A stretch of 63,829 bases of DNA, filler included, from Choristocarpus tenellus KU-1152 (lineage: Eukaryota; Protista; Phaeophyceae): NCBI GenBank assembly GCA_964200185.2. It is 8 parts of 8 records of this genome, joined end to end, with 100 filler letters (N's around TTAATTAATTAA, not from the genome) between each part and the next. Parts side by side here need not be neighbours in the genome. Positions count along the whole stretch, not along the records: positions 21,625 to 28,736 come from CAXNAD020006678.1; positions 28,837 to 43,566 come from CAXNAD020001124.1; 6 more parts are not named here. One strand, written 5' to 3'. Below are positions 22,311-35,800 of the stretch, one piece after another. Under the pieces are notes generated by a model that was given only the letters and a program-made list of their open reading frames with translations, was not told where the DNA came from and made no database searches. Position 1 is the stretch's first letter. Every line of letters starts with the position of its first letter. The position numbers and the translations under genes were made by a program.

Positions 22311-24059
22311 CAACTATTGATCAATAAAGGTACACATCAAGCAAGTTTATATGCGCGATGAGAACCCCCTTCTTCCTCCCTCCCTTGCACCACCCACCAC
22401 CAAAGTTCCCAATTGCCACACTTCTGTGGGGTCCGTGCACCTGTGTCTTTATTCCTTGCATTGGCATATGGAAAGTTCCATCGCAGGAAAATACGCGTTT
22501 GTTGTTTTCTAATATCAGTATATTACTTCCATGTTAACTGCCCCTTTTTTCCTGCACTGTACCTCGCTTACCCACACTTATTTTTTGCCTGTCATACTTG
22601 CAAGGGGACTGTTTTAGTCCCCAGTTTGGTGGTAGCATTAATTGTGTGCTTGCTGGTTGCTTAACCTGGTAAGTGCTACAATATCTTTGAATAAATCACA
22701 ACCATAAAATCACCAAATGACCTAGGCTAGAAAAAATATTGAAACTGTCGCAACAATATTAAAGGTGGGTTTGTGTTTCTGCATCTCTCGCCAAAGCTTG
22801 CCTGCATCCCCTATCTGTCTGAGTTTCAGGTGCGATTCTCCCCACCTCATCCTTTATTATCTCTATTACAATCACTTCTCACATGGTCACATGAGCACTC
22901 CCTCCGTACATCAAGTTACATTACCACACATTAATGGCGGATGAGTTCTGAGGTAGAGAGGACTTGCTGTTTGCCTCTTGAAGTTGAGTGTAGCCTGCTA
23001 CTCCGTATTTGTTAAGTGTGCTTTGGATACATGCGTATGTATCTAGAGACTCACCTCACACTGAGGAGGAACACGCGGAGAATATGGGTGGTATGTCAGT
23101 GAGGTTGTTCAATTCAGCACAGCGGGGTGGACCCACGCAAAGCAGGGGACCGATATCAGGGAATAGGTAGGTTGAGGTCAGTCTAATTAAGTTGAAGTTC
23201 CTGTCGCTTTGTGTTTGTGCCTACTGGTACTGTAGGGCTCTAACCACCTTAATACACTCCACATAAACGGAACCATGGGACAACTAAAGGTATACTTGAG
23301 TGTCTCGTACGTACTTGCCCTACTTCCCGATAAAGCTACCTAGACTTAGAGGTGCGCCTCTATCGAATCCTTGGTATATTTCGAGCAGGGCCTTAGAGTG
23401 GACCGATAGATAACCAGGTTACCGTTACACCCCTGAAGACTCTACCCACCCCCATTAATACAGACTTCACCAGGCCGGCCCGTGGCCGACCCTATTGAGC
23501 CCTGTTTCAGCCCTATCATAAATATTTGTAACACAGGGCCAGTTTCTAGTCCTTTTTATGTCCTCCAAGTTGTGCTTTCAATGCTTTTTGCATGAAATCA
23601 CAAACTTGAATGTAAATATGTACGCTCAGCACAGCATACAATATACCATAATTTGAAGGATAACATAGATGCAGATATAAAATACTTACGCAATTGTTAC
23701 AACACGCTCGAGAATTCACCTCCACAGGGTGTGTACCTCGAATCCAACAACCTTTAAACAACGCTACTGGGGTATTTCTACAATTGGTAGCCACTTGCGG
23801 TGTCGGCCACTCTTGTCTCGATGCTTCACTCAGTGCTCAGCTTAGTGTTTGACTTTGTGTTTTATTCGAGAAAGAAAGAGTGAAAGAGGTCCATTGAGTG
23901 GCTCTCAAAAGCACTCGTATATTAACATCATCCACCTGATTTCTACAGACCATAAGTAAAAAGACATCTGCCACCTGTTGTATATGCACTCAAATTACAA
24001 ATATTTTCTGCAACTCCTAAGAAATCGGCTTTCATTCTGTAAGGTCTCCTATGTGCTGC

Positions 24060-24385
24060 GAATTTCGTATACTGCTCGTGCTTGCTAGAACGCGTGAAGA
24101 AATGCTCGCGCTATTCGCCTGTAACATGCCCCCCAGCGTGAACTAGCAATACATGTTTAACGCTTACCACAGGCTATTGTCACCGGTGACGGCAATAGAC
24201 ATCATCCATCACTCAGATCGCGCGGTGGCAGAGAAGAAAAAAAACATATAACCCTTACTAGGTTCCAATACAAGTATCCTTGGAGAAATCTGTCTGCATC
24301 TAGCCTGATCTGAGTATACTTTTACTCCTTCTACAGCGCAACTTCCCCCAGTTATCAAGTATCATCTGATGATTGCCTATCTTAT
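24060..24385. repeat. Dispersed repeat, direct copy at 28837-29135
   Basis: Near-identical gaagaaa.gctcgc.ctattcgcctg.aacatgcccccagcgtgaactagcaatacatgtt in two contigs. Confidence 0.85.
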
Positions 24386-24815
24386 GCCCCTCAAGCACAA
24401 AGCATATTGACGGCTGCTAGTGCGTAAAACAGGCAGTAACATCGGCATCAGCGACAAAAAGAAATGAAACAAGGGACAGAAAAAAAGACCCAAGAAAGAA
24501 CAAAACAAATAATAAAGGGGATCAGGTACCTGGTCTGACAGAAAAATAGTAATAAAATGAAAAAATAAACCGTTGTGGAATCAGGGTTAACATAAAGAAC
24601 GGGGAAAAAAATGCATTCCATCTAAATTACTGTCTGCTCTGATGTGGGTTACCTCATGGTTCTGGCTTCTGCTATCCTACGTTCCATGCAGGGACTACCT
24701 GTTTCACGCTTTTACCACAGGCAATAATCATTGATCAGATCATAAATATCATCCATTACCTTAGATCATGCTGCGGCGGCATGCATAATTCCCATTTGGT
24801 AACATAGTGGTTTTC

Positions 24816-25450
24816 AGTATAGGGACCCCAGTTCCGACTCTGCCAGTTGTTTCCAACATAGGGACTCCAGTTCCGACCCTGCCAGTACAGGGACTCTGGT
24901 TCCAAATTATCCCATGGATTCCAACAATGATTGACAAATCTCCTCATTTCCTTGAGAATGGATCCCCAAAAGTCGTAAGACGCAGTCAAGATCAATATAT
25001 CTCTAACCAGATAAGAGTATATAATTTTATTAAGAAAATATATAACCCCAACTAGGCCCAAAATAGGTCAACAAATTTCCTTGTTTTCCTTGGGAAAATC
25101 TTTCCTAAGGGTCACAGAATACCATCAGAGTCAGTTTGCACCTGACCTAATCTGAGTATACACTTGCTCTTTTTGAAACACACCTTCAAAATCTACAAAG
25201 TATATATCTCTGACATGTCCTAAAATTAATGGGTCCCCAGTTCCGATCTCTCTAATCACCAATGTGATTAATTAATCCATGTTCCCTTCAAAGTGTCCAT
25301 AAGGTCATACAATACAATCTCCGTCAAATTGTGTCTGGTCTAATCCGAGTGTACTCTTGTTTCTTCTGAACTGGACCTTCAAAAGTTACAAAGTACATAG
25401 CTCTGATTAGGCCTATAATTGTGGGCCTTCCGTTCCAATCTTCCCAGTTA
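24816..25450. repeat. Nested tandem repeats: ~36-bp units (agggac[c/t]ccagttccga) and two ~192-bp units; related copy at ~42115-42315
   Basis: gggaccccagttccga-type motif at ~24821, 24861, 24890, 25231, 42121. ctaatc[t/c]gagt.tac...ccttcaaaa..tacaaagta at ~25147 and ~25340. Confidence 0.72.
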
Positions 25451-28400
25451 TTCATGCAAGTGCTATAGTGGTACCAGTAGCTTCGCCCCCTGGGGTTGTC
25501 CCGTCGTCACTTTGATGTAGACATCGGAATAAAAGCATAAAAGCATCTTCGTGATGCCCCCCACAAGGCCCTCGAGAGTACGGGCTTCGTTTTTTCTCCA
25601 CTTTGATATTTTGAAGAAAGGCGCTCATATTGGGGTTCGAACCAGGGATTGTCGGTCACCAAGAGTGGCAACAGATACACTATTACTTGATTAAAGTATA
25701 GGGTTTATGCAGGAAAAAAGCCTCCACACCCTTTCTTCCTGTGGTGATTTCTCGAATTAATGTAACCTGAAAGAAAGCCTCGATCAACTTTATACGTCCA
25801 ACCCTAAGTCCAGGAGGAATAAAGTTATTGTACGGCATCTTGCAAGAAGTGGGAGACACCAAACCATCGGTGTGCAAATAGTCTCAATCTCAAATCCTCT
25901 TCTTCCCTGGTGTCCACGTCGATGGCTACCTCCATCTGCGTCTGTACCGCTTCAAGAATATGCAATCCATCTGGCGCCATATGTGTAGTGAGCCAAAGTA
26001 TGTTAGAGGGTAGAGTCATGTCTGTTTGGGGACCAAAATCCAATGTTGCAATTTTGATGTTATTTTGGCTGTCGTGTTTGTTAGGAAGTGTCAATATCCT
26101 TGTTCCGGACACAACTTTTCATTATGTTATTAAAAAAAAATGTGTGAGAAGTTCAAGTGTGTTTTCACTTTCTGACTGGAGGTGTAGCTACCTGAAACTC
26201 CTGTGTTCATGGTGTGCCCACACAACAACTTTTCATGATATCATTTGGAGGTTTGTTAATGATGTAGATATTACTGGACCATTGAGGACAATGAAATTCT
26301 CAATAATGATGGGATGATAAAAACCTCCTTGCAACCAGCTTTCAGGTAAGCAATCTTAATCTACTGAAATGTTGATCGACTTAGGATTAGGATTTCGGGC
26401 TCTGTACTTGCCTAACCGGACACGATGTGTTGATCTACAGTGAGTCTCTTTTAGGACGAACTTCATTCTGCACCTTCCCCCCTTTCATGTCTCCTACAGC
26501 CAAAAGCACGTGGGGGATATAACTATTCTTGGGGTTAGATCGATAGGCGGACAGTTCATCGAGACCCTTGGCCCATACTGGAGAGACGCCATGAACATAG
26601 TGAGACATTGTTCAGGACACAAGCATGGGGGCGGTCTTTATTGTCCAGGTAGTTGTGTCATTAACCTTCTGCATCTTGACCGTTTCGTGTCAAACTCCAG
26701 GGGCAAGAAATGACGTAAGCACTTTTCTCGGGCATTTCTGTATCAATTGTTGCATTGCGTATTGGATATTATGTCTTCGGAGATAATACTCACTCTTTAT
26801 AGGGCAACCTCCTCATTCCCTATCGTTGGTGCGGTCTCGATGAAGATCATGAAAATCTTGCCCCCTTCTTGAGCCATTGTAGCATCAAAGAGAGCAAACC
26901 TTTGGGCTGGTTGTGGACTGTTGGGTGATCCTGTGGTAGCCATTGAGGCTTTCCTACCCGAGCTCATGCAGGCTACCTTCCACTCTGCAATAGTACTGCG
27001 TTGACGTGAGGGTTATAATAAGATTTTACAGGGAGAGGACGGATGCTCAAAAAACCCTGCCCAAAGTGGATGGACCTGTGAGGTGGGACCCTGAGTCCTT
27101 TGTAGAATTGGACAGAGGCCACCCCTCAGAGAAGGTGGAATTACTTGACCTTCAGGCATTGAGAGAGGTGATCAGAGCTTGCGATTTGTCGCACCCAGCT
27201 CATAACAAAACATGTATTGCTAATCTGCGTAAGCAATGGAGTAGAGAGGATGACATTGTTAGTGTGTCACACTGTTTTTTTGCCGTTGCAGTTTGTAAAG
27301 CTATGCTTGAGGAGGTTCCAAGTGGGGATGTTTAGTGGGACCGACTTTGCGACATGACACGCAAATGTACAGCATAGAGAGGGACTATGTAGGGGGTTGA
27401 GGTTTGGAAGGGTGCAACTGAGTAGTGTGCATATACCCAAAGGTCCACCAACGTTCGTCGTATACGAGGAATTCATAGCTGACCATTTCCAATCCAGTCA
27501 CTAGTATTAAGGGGTAGCTACTTCTTTTTATTGGTCCCTTTATTTTGAAGAAGTGGGTGCTGGATTCTCTTAAATATATATGCGTATCAGAATAATCTCC
27601 AGTGTGCTTTCCTGTGACGAGTGGTGGTGGTGTTGGTGGTGTTGGTGGCGAATGGACTGGGCTGAGGCACTGAATTTTGTCTCCCTTGTTTTGCTTCGCT
27701 GTTTCTATTTCCATAGGCCCTGGTATTGATGATGCTACACAGTATATCAACGTAGATGTGCACTGCAGACAGTGGGTGATAGTGATCCATCGAGTCTTTC
27801 ATTTTTTTATTGTACCCCTTATAGTGTGAGGTCGGTCGAAACCATCATTATCCGAAAGGCACCTGCGTAGTGCGAGACATACTGAAAAGACAATATGAAT
27901 TTTGACAGACAAGAAGAAGATGGTGGAGCTAAACATGCAAGAAATGGCGTCTGTGCACCAAAAACAGCGTGTTCACGCTGCAGCAGGGTCCGATCTTGTG
28001 TCCCCTTGTGCTAACTGCCAGGAACTACTGACTGCTTTTCACAAACAATGTTACAGCCCCTATTCATTTCCCAGGTTATGGTAGGGGTGAGTTTCAATCT
28101 CTACCACAAAGAAAGGGGAGCTGGTGATGAGTGTGGGAGTACTGCAATTCTGAGGGTAGATGCTAAATGGACACGCAACAACTCTGGGGCAAGTCTTGAT
28201 ATGGAGGCAGCGGTAGATAGTGCACGGCCACGACTACCAGCATGGAGAGTGGCAGGAAGGTGGGCGAACACTTCATGCTGGTCGCATCATAGGACAGGGG
28301 CAAGAACAGAGCCGTGAGGGAACAACCAGTGCAAAACCTTTTACCCCAAATTGATATTCCTCCTTCTCCACACACAAAAGGATACCACAATTTTCAGCAG

Positions 28401-29731
28401 AGGCTCTTTCTGCAAATATTGTACAAAATGGGATCTGTTTGCCCTTTCTCGGGATCCTTAAAACGAAACCCTGCCTACCTCTCAGTTGGTTCGACTCACA
28501 TATTTCAGCTTGCGACGTAGCAGGGCTTGACCTGCACTGTCCCCGAATCTACGCGTCGCATCCAAGTTCAGGGTGGGCTGGCCAACTGTCCCTTTGTGAA
28601 GAACAGTGAAATCGCATCCATTGTTCTGAGCATGTGCAAATGGTGCAATAAGTTGATAACTTAACTTCAAGTGTAATGGAGGCTCAAAGTATCTGGGAGG
28701 GGGTGGCGGCTGTCCATTTGGGGTCAATTTTTTCATNNNNNNNNNNNNNNNNNNNNNNNNNNNNNNNNNNNNNNNNNNNNTTAATTAATTAANNNNNNNN
28801 NNNNNNNNNNNNNNNNNNNNNNNNNNNNNNNNNNNNCACTTCGTTGAAATACAAGAAGAAACGCTCGCACTATTCGCCTGCAACATGCCCCCCAGCGTGA
28901 ACTAGCAATACATGTTCCACGCTTACCACAGGCGATTTTCACCGGTGAAGACAACAGATATCATCAATCATCTCAGATCATCCTGTTGCAAAAAAAAGTA
29001 GGGAGAGAAAAAGGATACCGTACTCCTACTAGGTCCACAACATCTGCCCTTGACTTACTTGGGGAAAATTGTCTACATCCTCTCTAAAAAACAGCTTCCC
29101 TAGAGTGCCAAGTATCATTTGATTATTGCCTGTCTCAGATTCAATCTGTACGATTCACAACGCTATATCCGACTATGATATCTGACATCTAGTAGTACAT
29201 GTGAAGGGGGGGAAACCAAGACCAAGACTATTTCACATTTGATTTGTAAGACGTCTGAGGCATACGTTCTACGGGAATGTCCCTCGAAAAGTATACCTTG
29301 GTGAGAAGGTGGCTATCACATCACCCCCCTCCCTATGTGGGCTGATGTGCATATCAGCACAATGCAGGTATCAATGTGAAACAGGGAAATTGTGCGAGCA
29401 GAAACAAGCTGACATGAGTATTGCAAGAAGAGAGAGCGTCTCTCAATAAGGGAATACTGTCAGTCATGACAATTACGCGCACAAAAATATCTGCGTGGTA
29501 TGCAAACATGCAGAGCAAATAGATTTTTTTAGTGAGGGCGAGTCACAAATTAGAACTTTTACCTAGGATTCGGTAGGAATCAAATCTGTGCTACATCACC
29601 TTGATCAGGGGTGAGATAATAAAACATATCTGGGCACCTGGAATGATCCCGATTTCAATACATCGGGTATGACTACGTCTGATCAAGTTATCAACATGAA
29701 AGGTTAAGGGCAAGCACTAGCTGCTTGTTGC

Positions 29732-29990
29732 GAGTGAAAGTATCTTAGAGGGTAGGAGTTTTGCCCTATTGTCCGTTTAGGGCTTGGCTTCCCAAGGGTT
29801 TTTTATATGATATTTTACCTACTCCGAAATATTTCGGAGTAGGTAAATGTATACGTTATGAAAAGGGGTATCTGGAACGAGGATATTGACACTTCCTAAC
29901 AAACAAGATAGTCAAAATTACATAAAAATAGCAATATTGGATTTTGGTCCCCAAAAGGACGCGGCTCTACCCTCTAAGACACTTTGACTC
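29732..29990 (+). mobile_element. MITE family B, full length
   Basis: gagtgaaagtatct ... agacactttgactc with central hairpin tacctactccgaaa-t-atttcggagtaggta. Other B copies: 30463-30716, 49536-49803 (AAT/AAT flanks, in a dynein intron), 55681-55950; partial 25990-26130, 33090-33175, ~41535-41760, 60495-60596, 63601-63743. Confidence 0.9.
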
Positions 29991-29992
29991 AG

Positions 29993-30440
29993 CTTGAATT
30001 CTGAGTATAACCCCTTCAAGGAGATTGAGGGGCAAAAGCATGCACCATCTTCTTTAATATAGTGGGTGGCTGTACCTATATAACAGAGGGTAGGGTAGCC
30101 AGAAAAACTCTCTTATATCCTGATCCTCTCTAGTTAGATATTGGATTACTTTTCTCTTAAGCCGACTGATCTTATATCGAGGAAAAGTGCTTGTCGGCAT
30201 TTTAGAGTAAGGACAAGGACTACCTACTCGTACCTTGAATTCTGAGCGTAACTTCTTCAAGGAGATAGAGGGGCAAGAGCATGCGCCATCTTCTTTAATA
30301 TGGTGGGTGTACCTATATAACAGAGGGTGGGGCAACCAGAAAAAAATCTCTTACATCCGAATCCTCTCTAGTTAGATATTAGATCGCTTTTCTCTTAAAC
30401 CGACTGATCTTATATCGAGGAATAGTGTTTGTCGGCGCTT
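29993..30440. repeat. Tandem duplication, ~241-bp period, bracketed by two B elements
   Basis: cttgaattctgag..taac..cttcaaggagat...ccgactgatcttatatcgagg occurs at 29993 and 30234. Confidence 0.85.
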
Positions 30441-30767
30441 TATACTTGTCCCTGAACGACAAAAGCAGAAGTATCTTAGAGGGTACGAGTTTTCCCCTGT
30501 TTGTCCATTTGGGACTTGGCTTCCCACGGTGTTTTTTATGACATTTTACTTGCTCTGAATTGTTTGGAGTAGGTAAAATGTATACGCTATGATTAGGTGT
30601 GTCTGGAACAAGGATATTAACAATTCCTGACACGATAGCCAAAATTACATCAAAATCGCAACATTGGATTTTGGTCTCCAAACGGACGCGGCTCTACCCT
30701 CAAGATATTCTGACTCTAACAGAGCGACGCCCTTGCTGCATGTGCTTCCCGTGTGTCTTCAAGAGTA

Positions 30768-32890
30768 GTTATATGTAAATATGTATTGAACATTACCCTT
30801 GGTAAGCCCATTTTAATGAAGCTGTGGTGGTGCAGCAAGCACCACATCAACAACACCCCAGCACAATATACCAGTGTTATATGTATACAGTACTGTAACT
30901 TTGGTAAATTACACTCATTACGATGTATTTATTCACACGTATAGCACACCTTCCCTAGAAAAGCATCTGCAAGCTGTTGATACCTGGACAGACGACTCTA
31001 AGTTCAAATCAAATCAAATCAAATCAACAATCGAAGCCAATCTCCCTCCGATGTCCTGTCCTATGTATTCAGTTGCACTCTACAAGTATAATATACAGTA
31101 CAGTATAAAAAACGTCATCATGGATCAAATGAACCTGCATGGCCATGTACCCTCCCTCGCGCGCACCGACTAAAACAACTTATTCGCAAAAAAAATCGTG
31201 ACTGCAAAAAAAATCGCGACTATCTGGTTGTTTGATTACCTTTGCCCCGATTCTGCTGAGCCAAGTCAGCTTTGCTTGTCGAATAAACGGGCAATTAATT
31301 ATTCAGTGCATGCTTTACAATGTAACTTAACAACTAGCTTTCGGCGACGAGCCTTATATGCGCCAAGTTCTTCAACTGTTGCACACGTAAGTATATTGGA
31401 TGTTGAAGGTACAAAGAGTTGTAGCTCTGTCTCCCACGGAGAGTGAATACATAGCTCTTAGCAGTGTGGCACAGGAATTACATTTCTTGAGAAGCATATT
31501 TTAGGTTATTCAGTTACAGTTTCCTAGGCGTTGCATTGACATGTTTGAGGATAATGATGGTGCATGCAAACTAGTACGAAATGCCACAATGTCAAACTCT
31601 ACTAGAACAAAGCACATTGATGTCCGACATCATTTTCTGAGGGACTTGTCTAGAAAAGGAGAGATTCGTGCTGTTTTTGTTGGTACTGCAAATCACGGGG
31701 CAGATGTATTGACCAAGAATTTGCCAGTTCGAGTTTTTAGACAGCATGTGAAGTTTTTGATGAATATGTAAGGTAACATGTGTGTTGTATGTTTTTATAA
31801 ACATGGATTGAGTGTTAATATTTGTTTTCAGCAAGGAGAGGATGTCGAATAGCCTAGTGTTATTCTATGTTATCTGTGCTGATCCAAGTATATAACATAC
31901 GTTGTATGTACATTTATAATTTATTAGGTACGATACAAAGTACGAACGTGCATAAAAATATAGTACGTCAACATTCATTCAGACGTCAGTGATGATGGAT
32001 GGTTGGCGGGCAATTAATGATTCAGTGTATTTTTACCATGTAACTCAACAACTAGCTTTCAGCGACGAGCCTTATATGCGCCAAGCTCTTCAAAATTACT
32101 TTCCGAAGATGGTATGAAATATCGTCCATGCTACACTCTTCGGTGGTTGTTTCTAAGCTTGCAAACTTGTCAGCTACTTGAGAGTATGGCAGTGGAGGAA
32201 TCGAGAACACTGAAGAAGCTGCTCCTTTCCTCGCGACCCCAAATGCGCTGCCCCCTCCCATAAACCCATCGTCATCCTCATCACCCAAGCTTTCATGGTC
32301 CAACTGGCGCAAGGGTTCCTCGAGCAGCTGCTCTTTCATGTCCTCTAGTATCGCACTGGCCACTTCATCATTGTCTTCCGCACTGATCCATGCTCTCGCT
32401 GCATCAATGGAAGCTCGAGACGGTTTTCTGCTGGGTTTGAGGTGCAGAGCGCCAAGAGCATGAGAGAGATCCTCAATAATATATGAGGATATCTTGTGGG
32501 ACGTACCTCTACGAGAAAAATGGCCACTCATGATACTATAGTACACAGTACAGACATTACAGTACAACAGAAATGTGCGTAAAGTCTCAAAAAATTAAAC
32601 CATGACCCTCATCAGCAGACAATGTAGAAAGACAATTCAATCACGATCACAATCAACCTATTTTCAGACTTTCAATCCACGTGCTGATGCACCGTGGTAT
32701 GTTGGCTAGACTTGGCATCAGACTTCAGCGTTGGCGCTTTCTCCATGAGGTTTTTTGACTCCTTCAACTTGTAGAGGGTGTTGTCACTGATTCCAAACTT
32801 TTGAGCAACTGCAGTTCCTGTCATGGTCTTCAGGAGTGCCAATGCTTCCACCCTCTCTGCAAAGCTCAAGCGTTTACGATTGTCGGCACT
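30768..32890 (-). mobile_element. Internally deleted pogo/Tigger-like (Tc1/mariner superfamily) transposon, interrupted by a copia element
   Basis: CENP-B-type HTH RKRLSFAERVEALALLKTMTGTAVAQKFGISDNTLYKLK (32672-32880). Acidic C-terminal region 32100-32520. Tail AKLTWLSRIGAKVIKQPDSRDFF. No DDE core visible. Confidence 0.78.
31277..32095 (+). mobile_element. Internally deleted Ty1/copia LTR retrotransposon: deleted 5' LTR 31277-31377, RNase H remnant ~31390-31771, PPT 31833-31842, 3' LTR 31843-32095
   Basis: VALSPTESEYIA...FEDNDGA...RTKHIDVRHHFLRD...ADVLTK is copia RNase H. Both LTRs start tgtcgaata and share ~90 bp at their 3' end. TSD TTGCT (31272-31276) / TTACT (32096-32100). Confidence 0.9.
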
Positions 32891-35800
32891 CCAAGGCTTG
32901 TAGGATGCAGCTGTCTGTCTCTGTAGATTTATTTGGCAGCATCTTACCCTTACCCTTGTTCTTGTTATTGTGGTGCTTTGACACCGTGTTGTGACCGGCT
33001 GGAGGACCCAAAGCCTTGTGCTTGGTGGGGCTCACGCACAATTTGCACACACATTTCATTTTGCTAGTGCCAAAAGGATCCACGACACTGAACACTTCCT
33101 AACAAACACGATAGCCAAATTTGGGATTTTGGGCCTCAAATGGGCGCGGCTCTACCCTCTAAGATACTTTTACTCCGTAAATGCCATGAAGATATAGCCA
33201 CTACAAACGCGACACTTATGGCATGTGTAGTGTGGCGAACCAGGAGTATTATCCTGCATGTTGCAGCTGGATCCCGCAGCACAGGGAATCGTTATATCTG
33301 TACAGTGCAGTCGTCCAGAAGCCTCTCTTACAGCCTGAAAAGTCGTGACATGGGACTTTACCCTCTCTTATATCCGTACATCCACTATATATATATATAA
33401 CTCAACACCATAGGATATGGACGTTCCAGTCTCAGCAAAGGTTAAGAGACTGTTGGAAAGGAAAAAATAAGAAGTATAGAAATTGAACCTTCTTGAATGG
33501 GAAGATCTTCAATATTATAAAAGCATGAAGAAATAAATCCAATAGATCTATACTCCCTTTTTCCTTTAAGTCTGGGGCGTTATGGATATTAACTTTTTGA
33601 TTGACTTTTTCTTCACCAATACAAACATTTTTCCAGTGATGTATGCCTCAAATTGAACCTCTGGATATAATTGTTTGGAGGTTTTGGTTTTCTCATTTAC
33701 TTCCAACATAGTTCTGAATCTTTTCCAAGAAGTAGTGGAACTACTGGCAAAACGACTCTTTTTGACCCCATTATGAGTGGCTGTGGTACACCTGGGGATG
33801 GGGACAACACCCCCCCATCGTCACACGACATCTCAGCACCTCGCCAAGAGCTGAGCAACTCTCGCTTAGTCTCCAGATCATCCGCGACACAAGTACCGTA
33901 GCCAAGTAGGAAGGAAAGGCATCAATTACAGAAGCAACCTCAACACGATTCATATCGACGAAGCATGGTTCTACCTCATCCACGACTGGGAGTGCGTTCG
34001 CATGTTTTCTGGGGATAAAAAGGTGGGTTCCACCCAGGTACAGCACAAGAGCCACATCCCTAAGGTGACGTTCATCTGCTCCATTTTGTGCCCAGATCCT
34101 TCCCGCGATTTTGAAGGCAAGTTAAGAATCTGGCGTGTTTGCGTCGTCAAACAGGGACAGAGAAATTCGGTCCACCATGATAGGGGTTAGCAGTGCGACT
34201 TCAATGTGATCGTCACTGCCAAGTGGTACCAGGAGCGGTACATAGAGACTTTTCTCCCCGCATCGAAGGAAAAAAAACACGGTTGGAGGGTGAGAAGGTG
34301 GTCGCCAAGCAGGATGGAGTGATTCCCCGTAAAGGAAAAGACACGCCTTGAAATCTCATCGAAGTCAGGAGTGAGGGGAGGTTGAACATCAATCTCGTAA
34401 TAATATAGCTTGCGCAGTCACTTGATCTCAATATCAACGATTTGGGGTTCTTTGCATCATAAAAGTAGGGTTTGGAGGGAGCATCATGGTACAATGTACG
34501 TCCTTGCGAAGAGGGTAACATGAGACGTACGACACTGGGCCAAAGTATCTGGGAGGGATTGGTGGCTGTCCATTTGGGGCCCATTTTCCCATGTCACGAT
34601 TTTTGGGTGATTTGGTTGCATGAGTGGGGTTTCAAAGGTATTTTGTACACCCGTGCATATACACTTTCGTGTGCCTATCCTGAAGAGGTGCGGAAAAATA
34701 TATTGCCATTGCTTCGTTGGATTATTAGTTAGACTTACGAAGTAAAAATTTGTTTAGTGTTAGTTTGAGAATGGTGAAGTACCCATGTTCATGTACTTGT
34801 ACTCAATAATTATTGAAATGTATGTTGTCATTGGTTTGTAACTTGTGGTTTCTGTTGCATGAAGCGGAAAAATTGTTAGATTGTGAGTGCGATGGTTTGG
34901 GATATGAATCAGTCAGGTTTGATATAGCGAAAGGATTTCCTTAATTGAAGTGAATAAATAGGTTCATTGATTTAAGTATGGTGGGGTATGCTACGAATAA
35001 CTTATTTTCGTAGGCATACATCAATACAGTGGTATATAACATTACTTGGGGTAAGTGCAGGAACAATTCATTTTGTAGACTAGGTATTATATGTACGTGC
35101 GTGACTTCAGGAATAAGAAGTATGAAAAAATATCCTGTAATCAAGACTTTAATCGATAAAACTATGGTGAAGAAGTCCGTTACGGAAACGATCCCTTCAT
35201 AGACGTACGCTTTAGGATGTACCTGATTTGCGAGCATTGTATATGGCTGAGTAGTGATGAATGTTCATCTCCTTCCCCTCAGAAACATCCCCTTGCTATT
35301 CTTTTACTCCTTAGGCTGCTGGAGCCCATGGGTACCAACTGGCAAAACTTCCCCTCCTCTTTGCCCCCCAGCCCAGCCCCTCACTGTTACCCACTTGCAG
35401 CACTACCTCCTGCGTTATATACTCCATCCTCACCACAGAGGGTTACCATTAACCAAATCATGATTGTTGCAAACAAGATCAAGAACTCTCAAAAGGATAA
35501 TCACTCAACAGCATTGTCATAACTTGTCTATCTGCGAGCAGCAAGTTATGTAGATGGGTGATACACTGTTGACAAACTGCCAAGAAAAAATGGTGACATG
35601 AGATGTATGGATAGAGTACACAAGAGAATGTTACAAGGGACACCCAAGAGAGAGGAAGGAAGAGCCCCACATATTCTTCAGAGGAACAGGCAAGAAGGTA
35701 GGAATACAAAAGAGTGCAGACTTACACTCCCACCTCTGCCCCTTGTGTCGACATGCAAGATTGCTGAGCGAGTACTGCAAAAGTTAGGAGAAAATAGCAG

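Noticed and set aside
22940-23532. Solo LTR ending in tgtaaca
   Set aside because: No second copy, defined 5' end or TSD could be identified in the window.
25625-25690. tRNA gene (GGTTCGAACCC B-box on the minus strand)
   Set aside because: No acceptor stem or cloverleaf could be built.
32874-33095. BED zinc finger fused to the pogo HTH (CKLC...HNTVSKHH)
   Set aside because: Different frame from the HTH, poor spacing, and the conserved aromatic residues are missing.
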